From NCBI GenBank assembly GCA_034521815.1, contig JAXHLW010000013.1:608001-672000 (forward strand): a stretch of DNA of 64,000 bases, read 5' to 3'. The position numbers were made by a program, and so were the translations under genes. Source of the stretch: Trueperaceae bacterium (GTDB lineage Bacteria > Deinococcota > Deinococci > Deinococcales > Trueperaceae). Below are positions 1-12,493 of the stretch, one piece after another (the first letter of the stretch is position 1; each line of letters begins with the position of its first letter). The notes beneath the pieces were generated by a model. That model saw nothing but the letters and a program-made list of their open reading frames with translations, was not told the origin of the DNA and did not search any database.

Positions 1-625
1 CGTCGGTGTGATGGCGGCCGTACAGCTGCAGGCCACCTCGCTCCGGGCATCGTCGCAGGCCGAGGGGATCCAAGACGCGACGCTCGTTGCCGACGCGGAG
101 CTGGACTTCCGCCTGCAGATGAGCCTCAGTCCGGTGACGTCGGCCAACTGTCTAGCTCCATCCCCGAGGGCTACCAGTGCAGCGTGACGGTGACCCCCTG
201 CAGCGTCGTCGACGGCGAGGTCTCGTGCGACTCGAGCGTTGCGCCGGCCGACCGACTCGGGTACTCGATCCAGGTGGACGCGACGACGCCACGCGGTCAA
301 CAGGCCACGCTGGAAACCTTTGCCGCCTCGCGCGCAGAAGTCCTCCTCAGAGGAAGACGAGGGGTCCGAGGACGAAGAGGAAGAGGATGGCGAGGACGAA
401 GGAGAGGAAGGCGAAGAGGACGGCGAAGAGGGTGAAGGCGACGAAGAAGCGGCGGCGAGGACGACGGAGAAGACGACGACGCGGCACCGGTGACGACGAT
501 GATGGCGGAGGTCGGCAAGGGCGCCGGCGGTGGACCGCCCTCGTGTGTGCCACCATCTGGGCCCAACTCGCCATGCTGAGGTCGGTGCCCTCACGCCGCA
601 ACGGCGCACGGGAAGGGGTTCGTTC
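1..625 (+). CDS. PilV-like minor pilin of cassette 1; 5' truncated, frameshifted, with an acidic Glu/Asp/Gly tail
   Basis: Frame 2 from base 2 reads VGVMAAVQLQATSLRASSQAE, like the end of a PilV helix. It continues across frameshifts into CSVTVTPCSVVDGEVSC...YSIQV and an EEDEG-rich tract. It lies upstream of PilW- and PilX-like genes. The 3' end is uncertain. Confidence 0.55.
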
Positions 626-626
626 G

Positions 627-1252
627 ATGCGCTTGCACCATGAAGGCTCGGCCGCACGGGTACATGAGCGACAGGGCTTCACGCTGCTCGAGATCCTGAT
701 CGCGATGAGCATCTTCCTGGTGACGCTCGTTGCGCTCACGAGCTTGTTCATCTCCGCGACACGGGGCTACGAGGCCACAGAGACGGTCTCCGTGCGGCAG
801 CAGGAAACGTCGGCCGCCTTGAGCGTATTGCGCTACGAGCTCGCCCTGGCAGGCTATCGCGGGACGTGTGAGTCGAGCCAGTCTCACTCTTCTCCGACCC
901 GACGTTCGAAGTGGCTCGCGGTGCCGATACGGACACGATCACGGTCCGATACTTCGAGGATCGCTTCCCCACCTCGTGCGGCGTTGAGAAGGAGGTTTCG
1001 TTCTACGTAGACGAGCTTCCTAGCGGCGAAACCGCGCTGTTCCGCGAGGAAGCCGGTGAAGCGGAGGCGATCGTGAACAACGTGACGGGCATCCAGTTGT
1101 TCCGGTACGTCACGGACGAGGGGGGACTCACCGAGAACATGCCGAGTGCCGGGTTCGTCGGCATCAGCCTCGAGGTCCGTTGGGAGGACGAGTCCACCAT
1201 GCGGTTCATCATCGGCCTCAAGAACCGTCAAGTAGATCCACAGGAGTCGTGA
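627..1252 (+). CDS. PilW-like prepilin (cassette 1), frameshift near 890
   Basis: Prepilin motif RQG|FTLLEILIAMSIF, then LRYELALAGY. The C-terminal part lies in ORF 911..1252 (DTITVRY...AIVNNVTGIQL). Confidence 0.75.
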
Positions 1253-1253
1253 G

Positions 1254-2755
1254 ATGAGCAACGTGTTTGGAACGGAACGAGTTCGCGGAGATGGTTTCGC
1301 GATGATCACGGCGCTACTGATCATGGTGGTCGTCGTTGGCCTGGGCTCCGGCGCCATCTTCCTTACGACGCTGAACCTACGGATCGCGGAGAACTCCCGT
1401 ACGCACGCGATCGCAAAGGCGAACGCCAATGCCGGTCTCGAGGTCGCCATTGCAACGCTGTTCGAGGCGTACGAACAGGCCGAGCCGAACCGTTTTCCCG
1501 CATCGTTCGACAACGATGACGTGCCGTCGCGCGCGGGCGACGGTGGCGCGTACGAGTTGATCGCGTGCGACCCCTCGGTCTGGGATGATCACCTCGTGCG
1601 CGTGTGTGTGCGCGGTTTTGGGCCGAACGGATCGGAGTACACGTCGGAAGCCTTGATCGGCATGGAACCGGGCAATCCGAATTATAACAACGATCCGAAG
1701 TACGCCTTCGGCATGATCTCGGAGGAGAACGTAGGCGTCGCTGGCGCGTCGGGCACCTTCATCGACGCGGGCCTACATTCGAACGGCGACCTGTGGTTGC
1801 CTGGATGGTCGGACGATCAGTTCCAATACTGCACGAGCGATCGCGACGTGAACGGCTACTGCCCGCCGAAAACCTGTCGGACGTACGCACAAGCCGAAGA
1901 CATGCCGCTGTCGGTCTGGGAAGGTGGCGGGAGGGGCTGTGGCCCTGGACAAGGCCCTTCCGCCTTCTGCCAAGGCGGTCGTGTCAAGGACGAGTTCGTG
2001 GTCGCCGATGAAGTCACGGTCAACGTGGACTACACCGAGCGGCGCCACCGGGCGGCGGGAGGCACCTTCGACGAGGACGGCAACATCCAAGACGACGGCC
2101 TCATAGCCCCGGACGGCTCGATCAACGTGTTGGACTGCGCTGCCGAAGCGGACGCCACGTGCTTCGAATCGGATGCCGACCTTCTGGCAGATGCCGTGAA
2201 CGGTCAGACGATCATCGCGAGCGGGGACGTGAACATTTCGTGCGTCACGACGTGCGATCTGGCAGGACACAGTCATCATCAGCACCGGCGGGACCGTGAC
2301 GCTTCAGATGAAGACGGAATACCCGCAGATTCAAACGGCGACGAACACGCGGACTTCTCGGATGCACGACCTCTCGATTCCGAACACACGAGATGGTTCG
2401 GTGCGTCGACTCTGGCCTCGGCAGGAAGCGTCAGCGTTCAATCGGGACAGCGGCCCACACGTTCGAACCCCCTTCGGGAACGAGCGTCGGCTTCTCGATC
2501 ATCGCCGAGGAGGACATCACGACGAACGGGGGAGGTGGCACCGAGATGGTCGGTACCTTCGTCGCGGGCGGCGACTTCAACTGGGCGTGGTGGCGGAGGC
2601 GTCTACGTCCGTGGAGGCGTGTTGGTCGAAGGCGTCGATCATCGCAAGTGGGCGGCTACACGATTGACTCCGGCCTGCCGACAGCTAATCCTGACCTTGA
2701 TCGAAGCGCCGGCACGGGAACAACCGGGGGCGCAGGTCGTCGGTCGACGACGTAA
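1254..2755 (+). CDS. Large PilX-like pilin/tip subunit (cassette 1), several frameshifts after about 2260
   Basis: DG|FAMITALLIMVVV lacks Glu5, as in PilX/GspK, and is followed by AKANANAGLEVA. The C-terminus is rich in short beta-strand Gly/Thr/Val segments split across frames. Confidence 0.7.
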
Positions 2756-3016
2756 GCGGTCTGCGCTGGAGCGGATTCGAATCCTCAGGGGGTTCAATCC
2801 CACACTGGCTAGGTTCCTAGTCTCGAGCGAGTCCTGAACAGTCTCTCTTCTCCGGTTCGGGTGGTCTCGGTTGAGGCGTTGGAAACATGAGCTCCGAGTC
2901 CGGTCGTTGCCAGGTTCCGTGCTGGCGGATGCCTACGTGCCCAGCATCGCCATACGTTGTCGGATCGGACGTGTTCCATGCTTTACTCCGACGCGCGACG
3001 CTCAACGGCTGTCCGT

Positions 3017-3143
3017 CGCCTATTTCGAGCAGGCGAGGGACCTGGCCCCACGACCCTGCGGCAACCCACGGTCATGTCCGTCGGTGCTTCCTCCAGCCGG
3101 AGAGACGGCTACGATGGCCTGAAGCTCCGGGAAGATAGGGGCG
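3017..3143 (+). promoter_or_regulatory. SAM-I (S-box) riboswitch
   Basis: Consensus elements occur in order: ccTAT..GAG, GAGGGA-cct-GGCCC, GA-ccc, GGCAACC, GGTGC..TCC, a P4 ccggag/ctccgg stem and closing AGATAGG. It lies upstream of metY-metX. Confidence 0.9.
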
Positions 3144-3220
3144 AAAGCCTCGTCTTCGTGTCCAGTCCTCCAGCGTGCGCGCGATGCGCATGCGCCGACG
3201 GGGACGGAAGGAGGCGAGAG

Positions 3221-3298
3221 ATGGACCGCATCTCGACGAACGAACGGAACGGGGACCCGCGGCGGACGCTGCGAATGTCCTGCGCGGCCGCACGCTGA
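3221..3298 (+). CDS. Candidate leader peptide/uORF MDRISTNERNGDPRRTLRMSCAAAR
   Basis: AGGAGG at 3209-3214 sits 6 nt before the ATG. Met and Cys codons lie near the end. It is located between the riboswitch and metY. Confidence 0.55.
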   Translation: MDRISTNERNGDPRRTLRMSCAAAR

Positions 3299-3336
3299 CG
3301 GACGGCCGGCACCGGGTCGCGGACGACGCGACCTGA

Positions 3337-4818
<1,482 letters not shown>

Positions 4819-4828
4819 CCTGCCGGCG

Positions 4829-6224
4829 ATGAGCGACCCAGGTCCGGAGGACCGCAGCGACGATCGCACCGTCGATGGCACGGACGAGCGGCAGGCGGGG
4901 GAGAGCGCGACCGGCTCCCCCTCGCCCTCCTCGCCCCGCTCCGGCTTCGCGACGCGTCAGCTCCACGCGGGACAGCGGCCCGACCCCGCGACGGGCGCGC
5001 GGGCGGTCCCGATCTACGCGACCAGCTCGTACCAGTTCGACTCGGCCGCGCACGCCCAGGCGGTGTTCGACGGCAGCGCGGACGGCAACCGCTACGCCCG
5101 CGCCGACAACCCCACCACCCAGGTCCTGGCCGACCGGATCGCCAGCCTGGAGGGGCGGCCGCCCGGCTCCGGCGTCGCGCTGTCCAGCGGTCAGGCCGCG
5201 ACGACCACGATCATGCTGGCGCTGGCCTCGCCCGGCCGCGAGTGGCTGGTCACCGACCAGCTGTTCGGCGGCACCGGCTCGGTCGCGGCGAAGGTGCTGG
5301 AGCCGTTCGGGGTGCGCGTCCGCAGCGTCCCGCCCGAGGCGGACGCCGTCCGCGCGGCCGCGGGACCCGACACGATCGGCGTCTGGGTCGAGACGATCGC
5401 CAATCCATCCGGACACGTGCCCGACCTGCCCGCCCTGGCGGACGCCGCCCACGCGGCCGGCGCGCCGCTGGTGGTGGACAACACCTGGGGCTGCGGCGGG
5501 TACCTGTGCAGACCCCTCGAACAGGGTGCCGACATCGTGATGCACTCCGCCACGAAGTGGATCGGCGGGCACGGCGTCGCGATCGGCGGCGCGATCGTGG
5601 ACGGCGGGAGCGTTCGACTGGGGCCGGGAGCCGGAGCGGTATCCCGGCTTCTCGCGCCGCAACGTGCGTGGCCGCACGGTGCTCGAGGAGGCGCCAGGCG
5701 CGCCCCTGGCGGCCCGTTCGATCGACCTGGGCCTGATGACGATGGGCATGACGCTGGGGCCTCACGCGGCGTTCCTGATGCTGCAAGGCCTCGAGACGCT
5801 GGACCTGCGGGTCCAGCGGGCGTGCGACACGGCGCTGGACCTCGCGCGGCGGCTGCAGGACGTCACGGGCGTCGACGCCGTCGTCTATCCGGGCTTGCCG
5901 GAGCACCCCTCGCACGCGGTCGCGCAGCGCGTCCTCCAGAACGGCTTCGGCTCGGTCCTGGGACTCCGCTTCGAGTCGGAGGCCGTGGCCCGCGGCACGC
6001 TGGACCGGCTGCAGCTGATCAGCCACCTGGCCAACATCGGCGACGCCAAGACCGTCGCGATCCACCCCTGGACGACGACCCATTCGTCCCTTCGTGAGCC
6101 TGCGCGCCTGGCCGCGGGCGTCACGCCCGACCTGGTGCGGCTCTCCGTCGGGCTGGAGGACCCCGCCGACCTGCTGCACGACCTGACGCAGGCGATCCGT
6201 GGCGCGCGAGGGGAGGACCGGTGA
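4829..6224 (+). CDS. Second MetY-like PLP enzyme (Cys/Met metabolism family), frameshifted near 5610-5660
   Basis: FATRQLHAG, PIYATSSY and HSATKWIGGHG lie in ORF 4829..6097. LQGLETL and LANIGDAKT..HPWTTTH lie in ORF 5664..6224. Confidence 0.85.
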
Positions 6225-7586
6225 AGGACCGGCGCGACCGCAGCGACACGCCGGACGGTGCGGATCCGGACGGTCTCCGTGGCGCGGCGTCCGGTCGTCC
6301 GCTGCACCTGGTCCACGAGACGTGGGGCGACCACGAGGCGTTGCTGGCGCGCACGCGGTCCGACCCCAGCGGCCGGGTGGGGCGCGTCGACACGCACGTC
6401 ATGGACGTCGCCGGTCCGAACGATCCGCTGCCGCTGGAGCGGGGCGGCGAGATCCAGCCCGTCGCGCTGGCGTACGAGACGTACGGCGAGCTGAACGCGC
6501 GCGGCGACAACGCCATCCTGATCTGTCACGCCCTCACCGGCAGCGCGCACGCGGCGGGGGTTCACGCCCGGGAAGAGGTGCCCGGCTGGTGGGATCCGCT
6601 GATCGGGCCGGGCAAGCCGATCGACACGAACCGCTGGCACGTGATCAGCGCCAACGTGTTCGGCGGTTGTTACGGCTCGACGGGACCGTCGTCGCTGGAT
6701 CCGCGAACCGGCCGGCCGTACGGCCCGTCGTTCCCGCGCTTCACGGTGCGCGACATGGTGCGCGCCCAGAAGCGGCTGGTCGACCGGCTGGGCGTGACGC
6801 GCCTGGCGGCGGTGATCGGCGGCTCGATGGGCGGCATGCAGGCGCTCGAGTGGGGCGCCATGCACCCAGAGATGGTCGGCGCCATCGCGCCGATCGCGAT
6901 CGGGGCGCGCCACTCGGCCTGGGCGATCGGCCTGAACGAGGTCGCCCGGCGCGCCATCACCGCCGATCCCGCCTGGCAGGGGGGACGCTACCGTCCAGAC
7001 CGCCAGCCGGAGAGCGGCCTGGGCCTGGCGCGCGCCATCGCGATGCTGTCGTACCGCAGCTTCGACTCGCTCGAAGCGAAGTTCGGGCGGGAGCGGGTGC
7101 GGGCCGCCGAGGCGGAAGGCGCCAGCGGGGCCACGGGCGCTGCCTCGGACGACGCAGGCGACGCTGCCGACGCTGCCGACGGCGCCGAGCCTTCCGACGC
7201 CGGCGAGGCCCGCAGCGACGTGCTGGGCCGCATGCTCTCCGTCGGGTTCGAGATCGAGAGCTACCTGTCGTACCAGGGCGTGAAGCTGTCCAAGCGCTTC
7301 GACGCGAACACCTACCTGTACATCACGCGCGCCATGGACGATCACGACCTGGCCGAGGGCGCGGTCGCCTGGCGGACGGTGCTGCAGCGCGATGACGATG
7401 CCGGCCCTGGTGCTGGGGATCGACTCGGACGTGCTGTACCCCGAGCGGGAGCAGCGCGAGCTGGTCGAGCATCTGCCCAACGCCCGCTACGAGACGCTGC
7501 GCAGCCCGCACGGGCACGACGCGTTCCTGATCGAGTTCCCGCAGATGGCGGCGCAGCTGCGGCGGTTCCTGAACGAGGTGGGGTAG
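6221..7586 (+). CDS. metX: Homoserine O-acetyltransferase, frameshift near 7365-7390
   Basis: AYETYGELN, CHALTG, nucleophile motif GGSMGGMQ and RFDANTY. The C-terminal GIDSD...HGHDAFLIE lies in ORF 7392..7586. Confidence 0.92.
7525..7577 (+). repeat. Direct repeat copy 1 (3' end of metX)
   Basis: 44/53 nt identical, ungapped, to 16585-16637. Confidence 0.85.
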
Positions 7587-7865
7587 CGGGGTCCGGCGAC
7601 CGCCTGCTGGCTGCGTCGCCGCCATCCGATCGGCGCCACGCGCCGCGTTCGGCGGCCGCGGTGCGGCGGGCGTCGGGCGGCTTCGTGCCGCCCTGATCGA
7701 CGATTCTCCGAGGTTCCCCCACCATGGGGTGGCCTAGGCGTACCTGTGTGTGAATTCTGGGAGTACGTACCGTCTACCCTCGGTACGATGACGACCCGGA
7801 AGGCCTGGGCGATTCGCCAGGCGACGCTGCACCAGACGGGGACGCACCAGGAGAGGAACGCGACG

Positions 7866-8348
7866 ATGCGCCGACAAGGGTTCACCCTCCTCGAGCTGCT
7901 GATCCTTCTCGCGGTCCTCGCGATCGTGTTCGCGATCGCTGCGCTGGACGTGCGTCCCCTGAACAACGAGGCGCGCAACGCAGCGAACGAGGTCGCCTCG
8001 GCGGTCCGCCTGACCCGCGCACGCGCCATGGCCACGACCTCCGCGCACCGGTTGGTGCTGGCCAGCGGCGCCGAGCTGCGTATGGAGGCCGCCGTCGCCT
8101 GCGACGACGCCAGCGGCTGGACGGACGAGACGAGGTTCGCGACGACCCTGTCCGGCACCGCCGAGATCGCGGAGCTCTCGGACACGGGCCTCCCCGCCGA
8201 CTACGCCCCTGCCGCTGCTGGCGACGTGCTGCTCTGCTTCGATCCGCGCGGCCTGGCCGACGCCAGCCCGACCGTCAAGATCGAAGACGGCCGCGGCCGC
8301 ATCGCGGAGGTCGACGTGTACGCGGGAGGCGGGGTGGAGCTGCGATGA
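7866..8348 (+). CDS. FimT/GspH-like prepilin (cassette 2)
   Basis: MRRQG|FTLLELLILLAVLAIV; LTRARAMATT; LCFDPRGLA. Confidence 0.85.
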   Translation: MRRQGFTLLELLILLAVLAIVFAIAALDVRPLNNEARNAANEVASAVRLTRARAMATTSAHRLVLASGAELRMEAAVACDDASGWTDETRFATTLSGTAEIAELSDTGLPADYAPAAAGDVLLCFDPRGLADASPTVKIEDGRGRIAEVDVYAGGGVELR

Positions 8349-8774
8349 CGCGCTTGCCGATGGTTCGCACGCCCGGCGCGAGCCGGGAGGGGCTGACCCT
8401 GGTCGAGGCGCTGATCGCCGTCTCGATCCTCACGATCCTGCTGGCGGCCGTCATCCCCGCCTTCACCGATGCGCTCAGGATCAACACCCGCAGCGAGGTG
8501 CGTTCCCAGGCGGTCGCCGCCGCGCAGACGGTGCTGGACTCGCTGCGAGCCGTGCCGCCCTCGGAGTGGCCGGCCTACGCCGGCGGGCGACCCTCCCGTT
8601 CAGCAGGTCGAGGTCGGCGGCCGCACCTTCGACGTGACCGTCGGCTACCAGGAGTACTGCGACGCAGACGGCGACTGTTTCGACAACGCTCGTGAGATCG
8701 ATCTGGAGGTGAGCTTCCGTGACGAGGTCCGCTACAGCGTGTCCACCGTCTACACGGAGCTCCGGGCTCCCTAG
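8345..8774 (+). CDS. PilV-like prepilin (cassette 2), frameshift near 8590
   Basis: REG|LTLVEALIAVSIL, then AVAAAQTVLDSLR. The C-terminus (REIDLEVSF...YSVSTVYT) lies in ORF 8469..8774. Confidence 0.8.
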
Positions 8775-9708
8775 CCGGGCGCGTCCGAGCCGCTCGCCGT
8801 CACACCGGGCGGGCTTCACGCTGATCGAGGCGCTCGTCGCGCTCGCCGTCGCCGGGATCCTGTTGGCGTTGGTGCTTCCCCTGGTGCTGAGTCAGCGCCG
8901 CGTCGTGCAGCTCGATCAGGCCCGGACCAGCGCGAATCAGACGCTGCGGGCCGTCAGCCAGCTTCTGGCGGCCGACGTCCGCATCGCGGGCGAGCGGTTC
9001 GGCGAAGGTCTGGCGCTCAGCCCCATCGCCGTGTCCGTCGACGGCTCGGGCGACTCCGTCGTCGTGCTCAGGCGCAACCTCGAGGACGCCCTCCCGGTGT
9101 GCCAGAGCGTGCCCGCCGGATCGACCGTCACCTCGATCGTGGTGGCGGACTGGGGTCCTACCGTGGCCCACCCGCAGTGCTCCGTGAACCGCACGGCTTC
9201 GTTCGGCGGCGTCGACTGGCCGTACACGCTGGACGCGCACCGGCGCATCGCAGCCGCCCAAGGCGGCGTGGTGTCCGCGTACATCTTCGACCCTGCGAGC
9301 CGCACCGGCCAGTGGTTCTCCATGCGGATCGACGGCGCGCAAGGCAGCCCGCCGGACGAGGTTCGGTGCGATGACGGCTGCGTCTGGGCCACCGACTACG
9401 AGCCCGCGGCGAACGCGTATATCGCGCTTCTCGACGCGATCGAGTACCGGCTGGTGGACGGCGTTCTCCAGCGGCGCGACCTCGCGACCGGCGAGGTGTT
9501 GCGGATCGCGTCCGGCCTCGAAGCGTTCGAGGTGACCGTGTCCGTCGCGGGCGAGGCCACGCCGAGAACGACGTTCGCCGACACGGGCGCATGGCGCTCG
9601 ATCACCTCGCTGAACCTCGACGTCGTGGTCGAGCGACGCGAGGGCGGAAGCCTGGCCGAGCGAAGCCTTCAGACGCGCCTCTTCCCCCGGAACCTGCTAT
9701 CGAGGTGA
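8719..9708 (+). CDS. PilW-like prepilin (cassette 2); start uncertain
   Basis: RAG|FTLIEALVALAVAGIL; LLAADVRIAG; ends in RLFPRNLLSR. Confidence 0.85.
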   Translation: MTRSATACPPSTRSSGLPSRARPSRSPSHRAGFTLIEALVALAVAGILLALVLPLVLSQRRVVQLDQARTSANQTLRAVSQLLAADVRIAGERFGEGLALSPIAVSVDGSGDSVVVLRRNLEDALPVCQSVPAGSTVTSIVVADWGPTVAHPQCSVNRTASFGGVDWPYTLDAHRRIAAAQGGVVSAYIFDPASRTGQWFSMRIDGAQGSPPDEVRCDDGCVWATDYEPAANAYIALLDAIEYRLVDGVLQRRDLATGEVLRIASGLEAFEVTVSVAGEATPRTTFADTGAWRSITSLNLDVVVERREGGSLAERSLQTRLFPRNLLSR

Positions 9709-9712
9709 TGCC

Positions 9713-11674
9713 ATGAGTGGACCCCGCCGACATCCGAACGTCCGCCGCCGCGACGGCTTCGCGCTGGTGAGCGTCCTGTTCATGGCGCTGTTCCTGGTCG
9801 GGCTGCTGTACGTGATGTTCGAGCTGACGAATCGTGAGCTGAAGTCGGCTTCGACCGACGCGGCCATGACCAGCGGCTTCTTCGCCGCCGAGGCGGGTCT
9901 GAACGTCCGCGGCGAGGAGATCCGCCGCGAGTTCGAAGGCTACCGGCGCCCCGAGGGGGCCACGTCGACCGACGGGTGCGAAAGCGACGACGGCAGCGGC
10001 GACTTCGCCTGCCGCACGACCGAGGTCAATCAGCGGACCGTGACCACCTACGTGGACGAGGATCCTCGCAACAACGCCACCAGCGACGACGAGCGCCTGA
10101 TCACCATCCCGCCCGGCGAGGTGTACGCCGGGCTCAACGCCATCGAGTACCGCTACTCGGTGTTCTCCGAGGCGGTCCCGCCCAACGACACGCGCCCCGA
10201 GGCGATCCTCGAGATGGTGTTCCGCACGCGGCTGGTGCCGATGTTCCAGTTCGCCGCCTTCTACGACAAGGACCTCGAGATCCTGCCCGGTCCGGACATG
10301 ACGCTGGACGGGCGGGTGCACTCCAACGGCGAGCTGTACCTCGATTCGGACGGCAACACGCTGAGCATCTCCGGTCAGGTGACGACGGCCGGAGGCATCC
10401 ACCGCGGACGCAAGAACCAGAGCGTGTGCGACGGCGAGGTGGTCCTTCCCGACGGGACGGCGGGCGGACGGGCCGTCGACTGCACCGATCCGGACGTGCC
10501 GGCCTCGAGCTTCGACGCCCTCCCGGACGACTACTTCGACGACTTCGCGGGACAGGTGAGTACCCGCCTCGAGCCGCTCACCGTGCCGGAACCCGAAGAG
10601 TTCGACCTGGGCGGGGCCTACTACGAAGAGGCCGACGTGAGGATCGCGCTGGACCTGACCGGCGCCACCCCGCGCCCCGTGGTGTTGATGCCCCAGCTGG
10701 CCGCCGGCGGCGCGCCCCAGGTCGACGAGAGCCTCACCGCGACGCTGAACGGCTGCCTTGCGACCGACGTGACCGACCCGGACGATCGACCGTACGCTGA
10801 CGGATCGTTGCCGGACTACGAGACCGTCTTCGACGACGGCAACGGGGTCGACGAGGTTCGCGCCGTCGAGTACTCGCGCTCGTTCTACGACAACCGCGAG
10901 GGTGCGACCCTGAGCGTCCTCGAGATCGACGTGCAGGGCGTGCTGGACTGCCTGGACGCCCACGCCGGCTTCGGTGCGGGGCAGTTCTTCAAGGAGCGGG
11001 ACGAGGAGTTCCACGGGATCGATACCGACCGCAACGGTGGCCTGGTCTGGTACCTCACGGTGCTGGGACCGGACGCCGACGACGCCGGCTCGAACTACGC
11101 GGTGCGCGTGCGCAACGGCGCGACCCTGGCGTCCAGCGATCCGGACGCGCCCGAGATCGCTGGCCTCACGGTCACGTCGGACCAACCGGCGTTCGTCGCC
11201 GGGGACTACAACCTGGACGCCGACTGGCGGCCCGCCTCGTTCATCACCGACACGGTCAACGTCCTGTCCGACGCCTGGGGCGATGCATGGAACGACGCCG
11301 ACTCGACCTCCTGGAGTGCGCGGGACGCGCAGACGACCGAGGTGAACGCCGCGTTCCTGTCCGGAACCGACGTCACCGGCGGCGCCGACGGCACGGGAGG
11401 CCAGGGAGGCGCGTACAACGGCGGCCTCGAGAACTACCCGCGCTTCCACGAGAACTGGAGCGGGCGCACCTTCCGCTACCGCGGCTCGTTCGTCAGCCTG
11501 GGCGAGCCGAAGCACGCCGAGGGCGCCTGGAGCTACGGCAATCCCGTCTATACCGCCCCGAACCGCGACTGGGACTACGACGCGCGCTTCAACCAGGCGC
11601 AGAACCTGCCGCCGCTCAGCCCGCGTTTCGTGTACCTGGTCCAGGAGCGCTTCATTCGCGACTTCGAGCGTTGA
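9713..11674 (+). CDS. Large PilX-like tip subunit, 653 aa (cassette 2)
   Basis: RDG|FALVSVL (no Glu5), FFAAEAGLN, FQFAAFYDKDLEILPGP, GRVHSNG and GGLENYPRFHENW...PNRDWDYD. Confidence 0.85.
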   Translation: MSGPRRHPNVRRRDGFALVSVLFMALFLVGLLYVMFELTNRELKSASTDAAMTSGFFAAEAGLNVRGEEIRREFEGYRRPEGATSTDGCESDDGSGDFACRTTEVNQRTVTTYVDEDPRNNATSDDERLITIPPGEVYAGLNAIEYRYSVFSEAVPPNDTRPEAILEMVFRTRLVPMFQFAAFYDKDLEILPGPDMTLDGRVHSNGELYLDSDGNTLSISGQVTTAGGIHRGRKNQSVCDGEVVLPDGTAGGRAVDCTDPDVPASSFDALPDDYFDDFAGQVSTRLEPLTVPEPEEFDLGGAYYEEADVRIALDLTGATPRPVVLMPQLAAGGAPQVDESLTATLNGCLATDVTDPDDRPYADGSLPDYETVFDDGNGVDEVRAVEYSRSFYDNREGATLSVLEIDVQGVLDCLDAHAGFGAGQFFKERDEEFHGIDTDRNGGLVWYLTVLGPDADDAGSNYAVRVRNGATLASSDPDAPEIAGLTVTSDQPAFVAGDYNLDADWRPASFITDTVNVLSDAWGDAWNDADSTSWSARDAQTTEVNAAFLSGTDVTGGADGTGGQGGAYNGGLENYPRFHENWSGRTFRYRGSFVSLGEPKHAEGAWSYGNPVYTAPNRDWDYDARFNQAQNLPPLSPRFVYLVQERFIRDFER

Positions 11675-11689
11675 GGACGGTCCGAACCG

Positions 11690-12097
11690 GGACGGGAACG
11701 CCGGTCCTTCGCATCGGCTCGCTGGACTGTCGCAGATCCTCGGTGATGACCAGGTCCGTCCGACATCGCGTCGACCGACGGACGCGTGCGAGCCCGTCGT
11801 GCCGTGCCTTTTCGACCAGGCAAGCGTCGAGTTGCGCGTTGCACGCGCCGCGATGCAGCGTCCGATCGACGACGTCGTCGACGCTGCTGAACATTCGGAC
11901 CTGGAACAGTCTTCCAAGCTTGAGTCGACCGTCGCTTACGCTCGAAGGTTCGTCTCCGCTTCGATCGCGCGACATGCGACTCGGTACTGCAGGACCGTCG
12001 ACTGTCGCTCCGATGCGCGTCGAGCGACCAGAGTAGCTCGAAGGAGCGGCCACCGAGCGCAGCGCTGAAGCGCACGTTTGCGTCGAGAAATGCCCTC
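11690..12097 (-). pseudogene. Degenerate PIN-domain (VapC-like) toxin
   Basis: Fragments in three frames: RAFLDANVRFSAAL, AIEAETNL and LVEKARH...TDLVITEDLR. Both frameshifts and substitutions are present. Confidence 0.65.
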
Positions 12098-12351
12098 CAG
12101 CGGCTCCATGCGGAGCGTGCGCGCTCGAGTTCCTCCTCGGACATCGACGACGTCCGTTCGAACTCCGCAATGCGGTCGTCGTCGTACAGTTCGATCGCGA
12201 CGACTTCGACAGGTTCGAGCACGATCCGACCGTCGTCGATGCGCACGCGGAACGCGTCGCCGGCTCGTAGCCCGAGTGACCGCCGGAGATCTGCCGGAAG
12301 GGTCACCTGGCCGCGAGGCGAAAGCTGGACGAGAGGCTCGACGGAACTCAT
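12097..12351 (-). CDS. AbrB/MazE/SpoVT-family antitoxin; the stop codon appears lost and it reads into the PIN remnant
   Basis: VQLSPRGQVTLPADLRRSLGLRAGDAF..DGRIVLEPV. TATCAT lies 7 nt before the ATG. Confidence 0.85.
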
Positions 12352-12493
12352 ACGATTCATGATAGTGGACTTTCCGCAATACGGAGGTCACGTGCCTGTT
12401 GTCAATGCACGACGACGCCGGTCAGCCGCGATTCGGAAGCCGCCGGCTTTCCCGTCGCTGACGAGAGTTGATCACGCAGCTCGGCCTGAGCGC

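Noticed and set aside
2760-2845. tRNA-like words (GGATTCGAATCC, GGGGGTTCAATCCC) at the end of cassette 1, a possible att remnant
   Set aside because: I could not build an acceptor stem, D-arm or properly paired T-stem on either strand. A cmsearch would be needed to rescue it.
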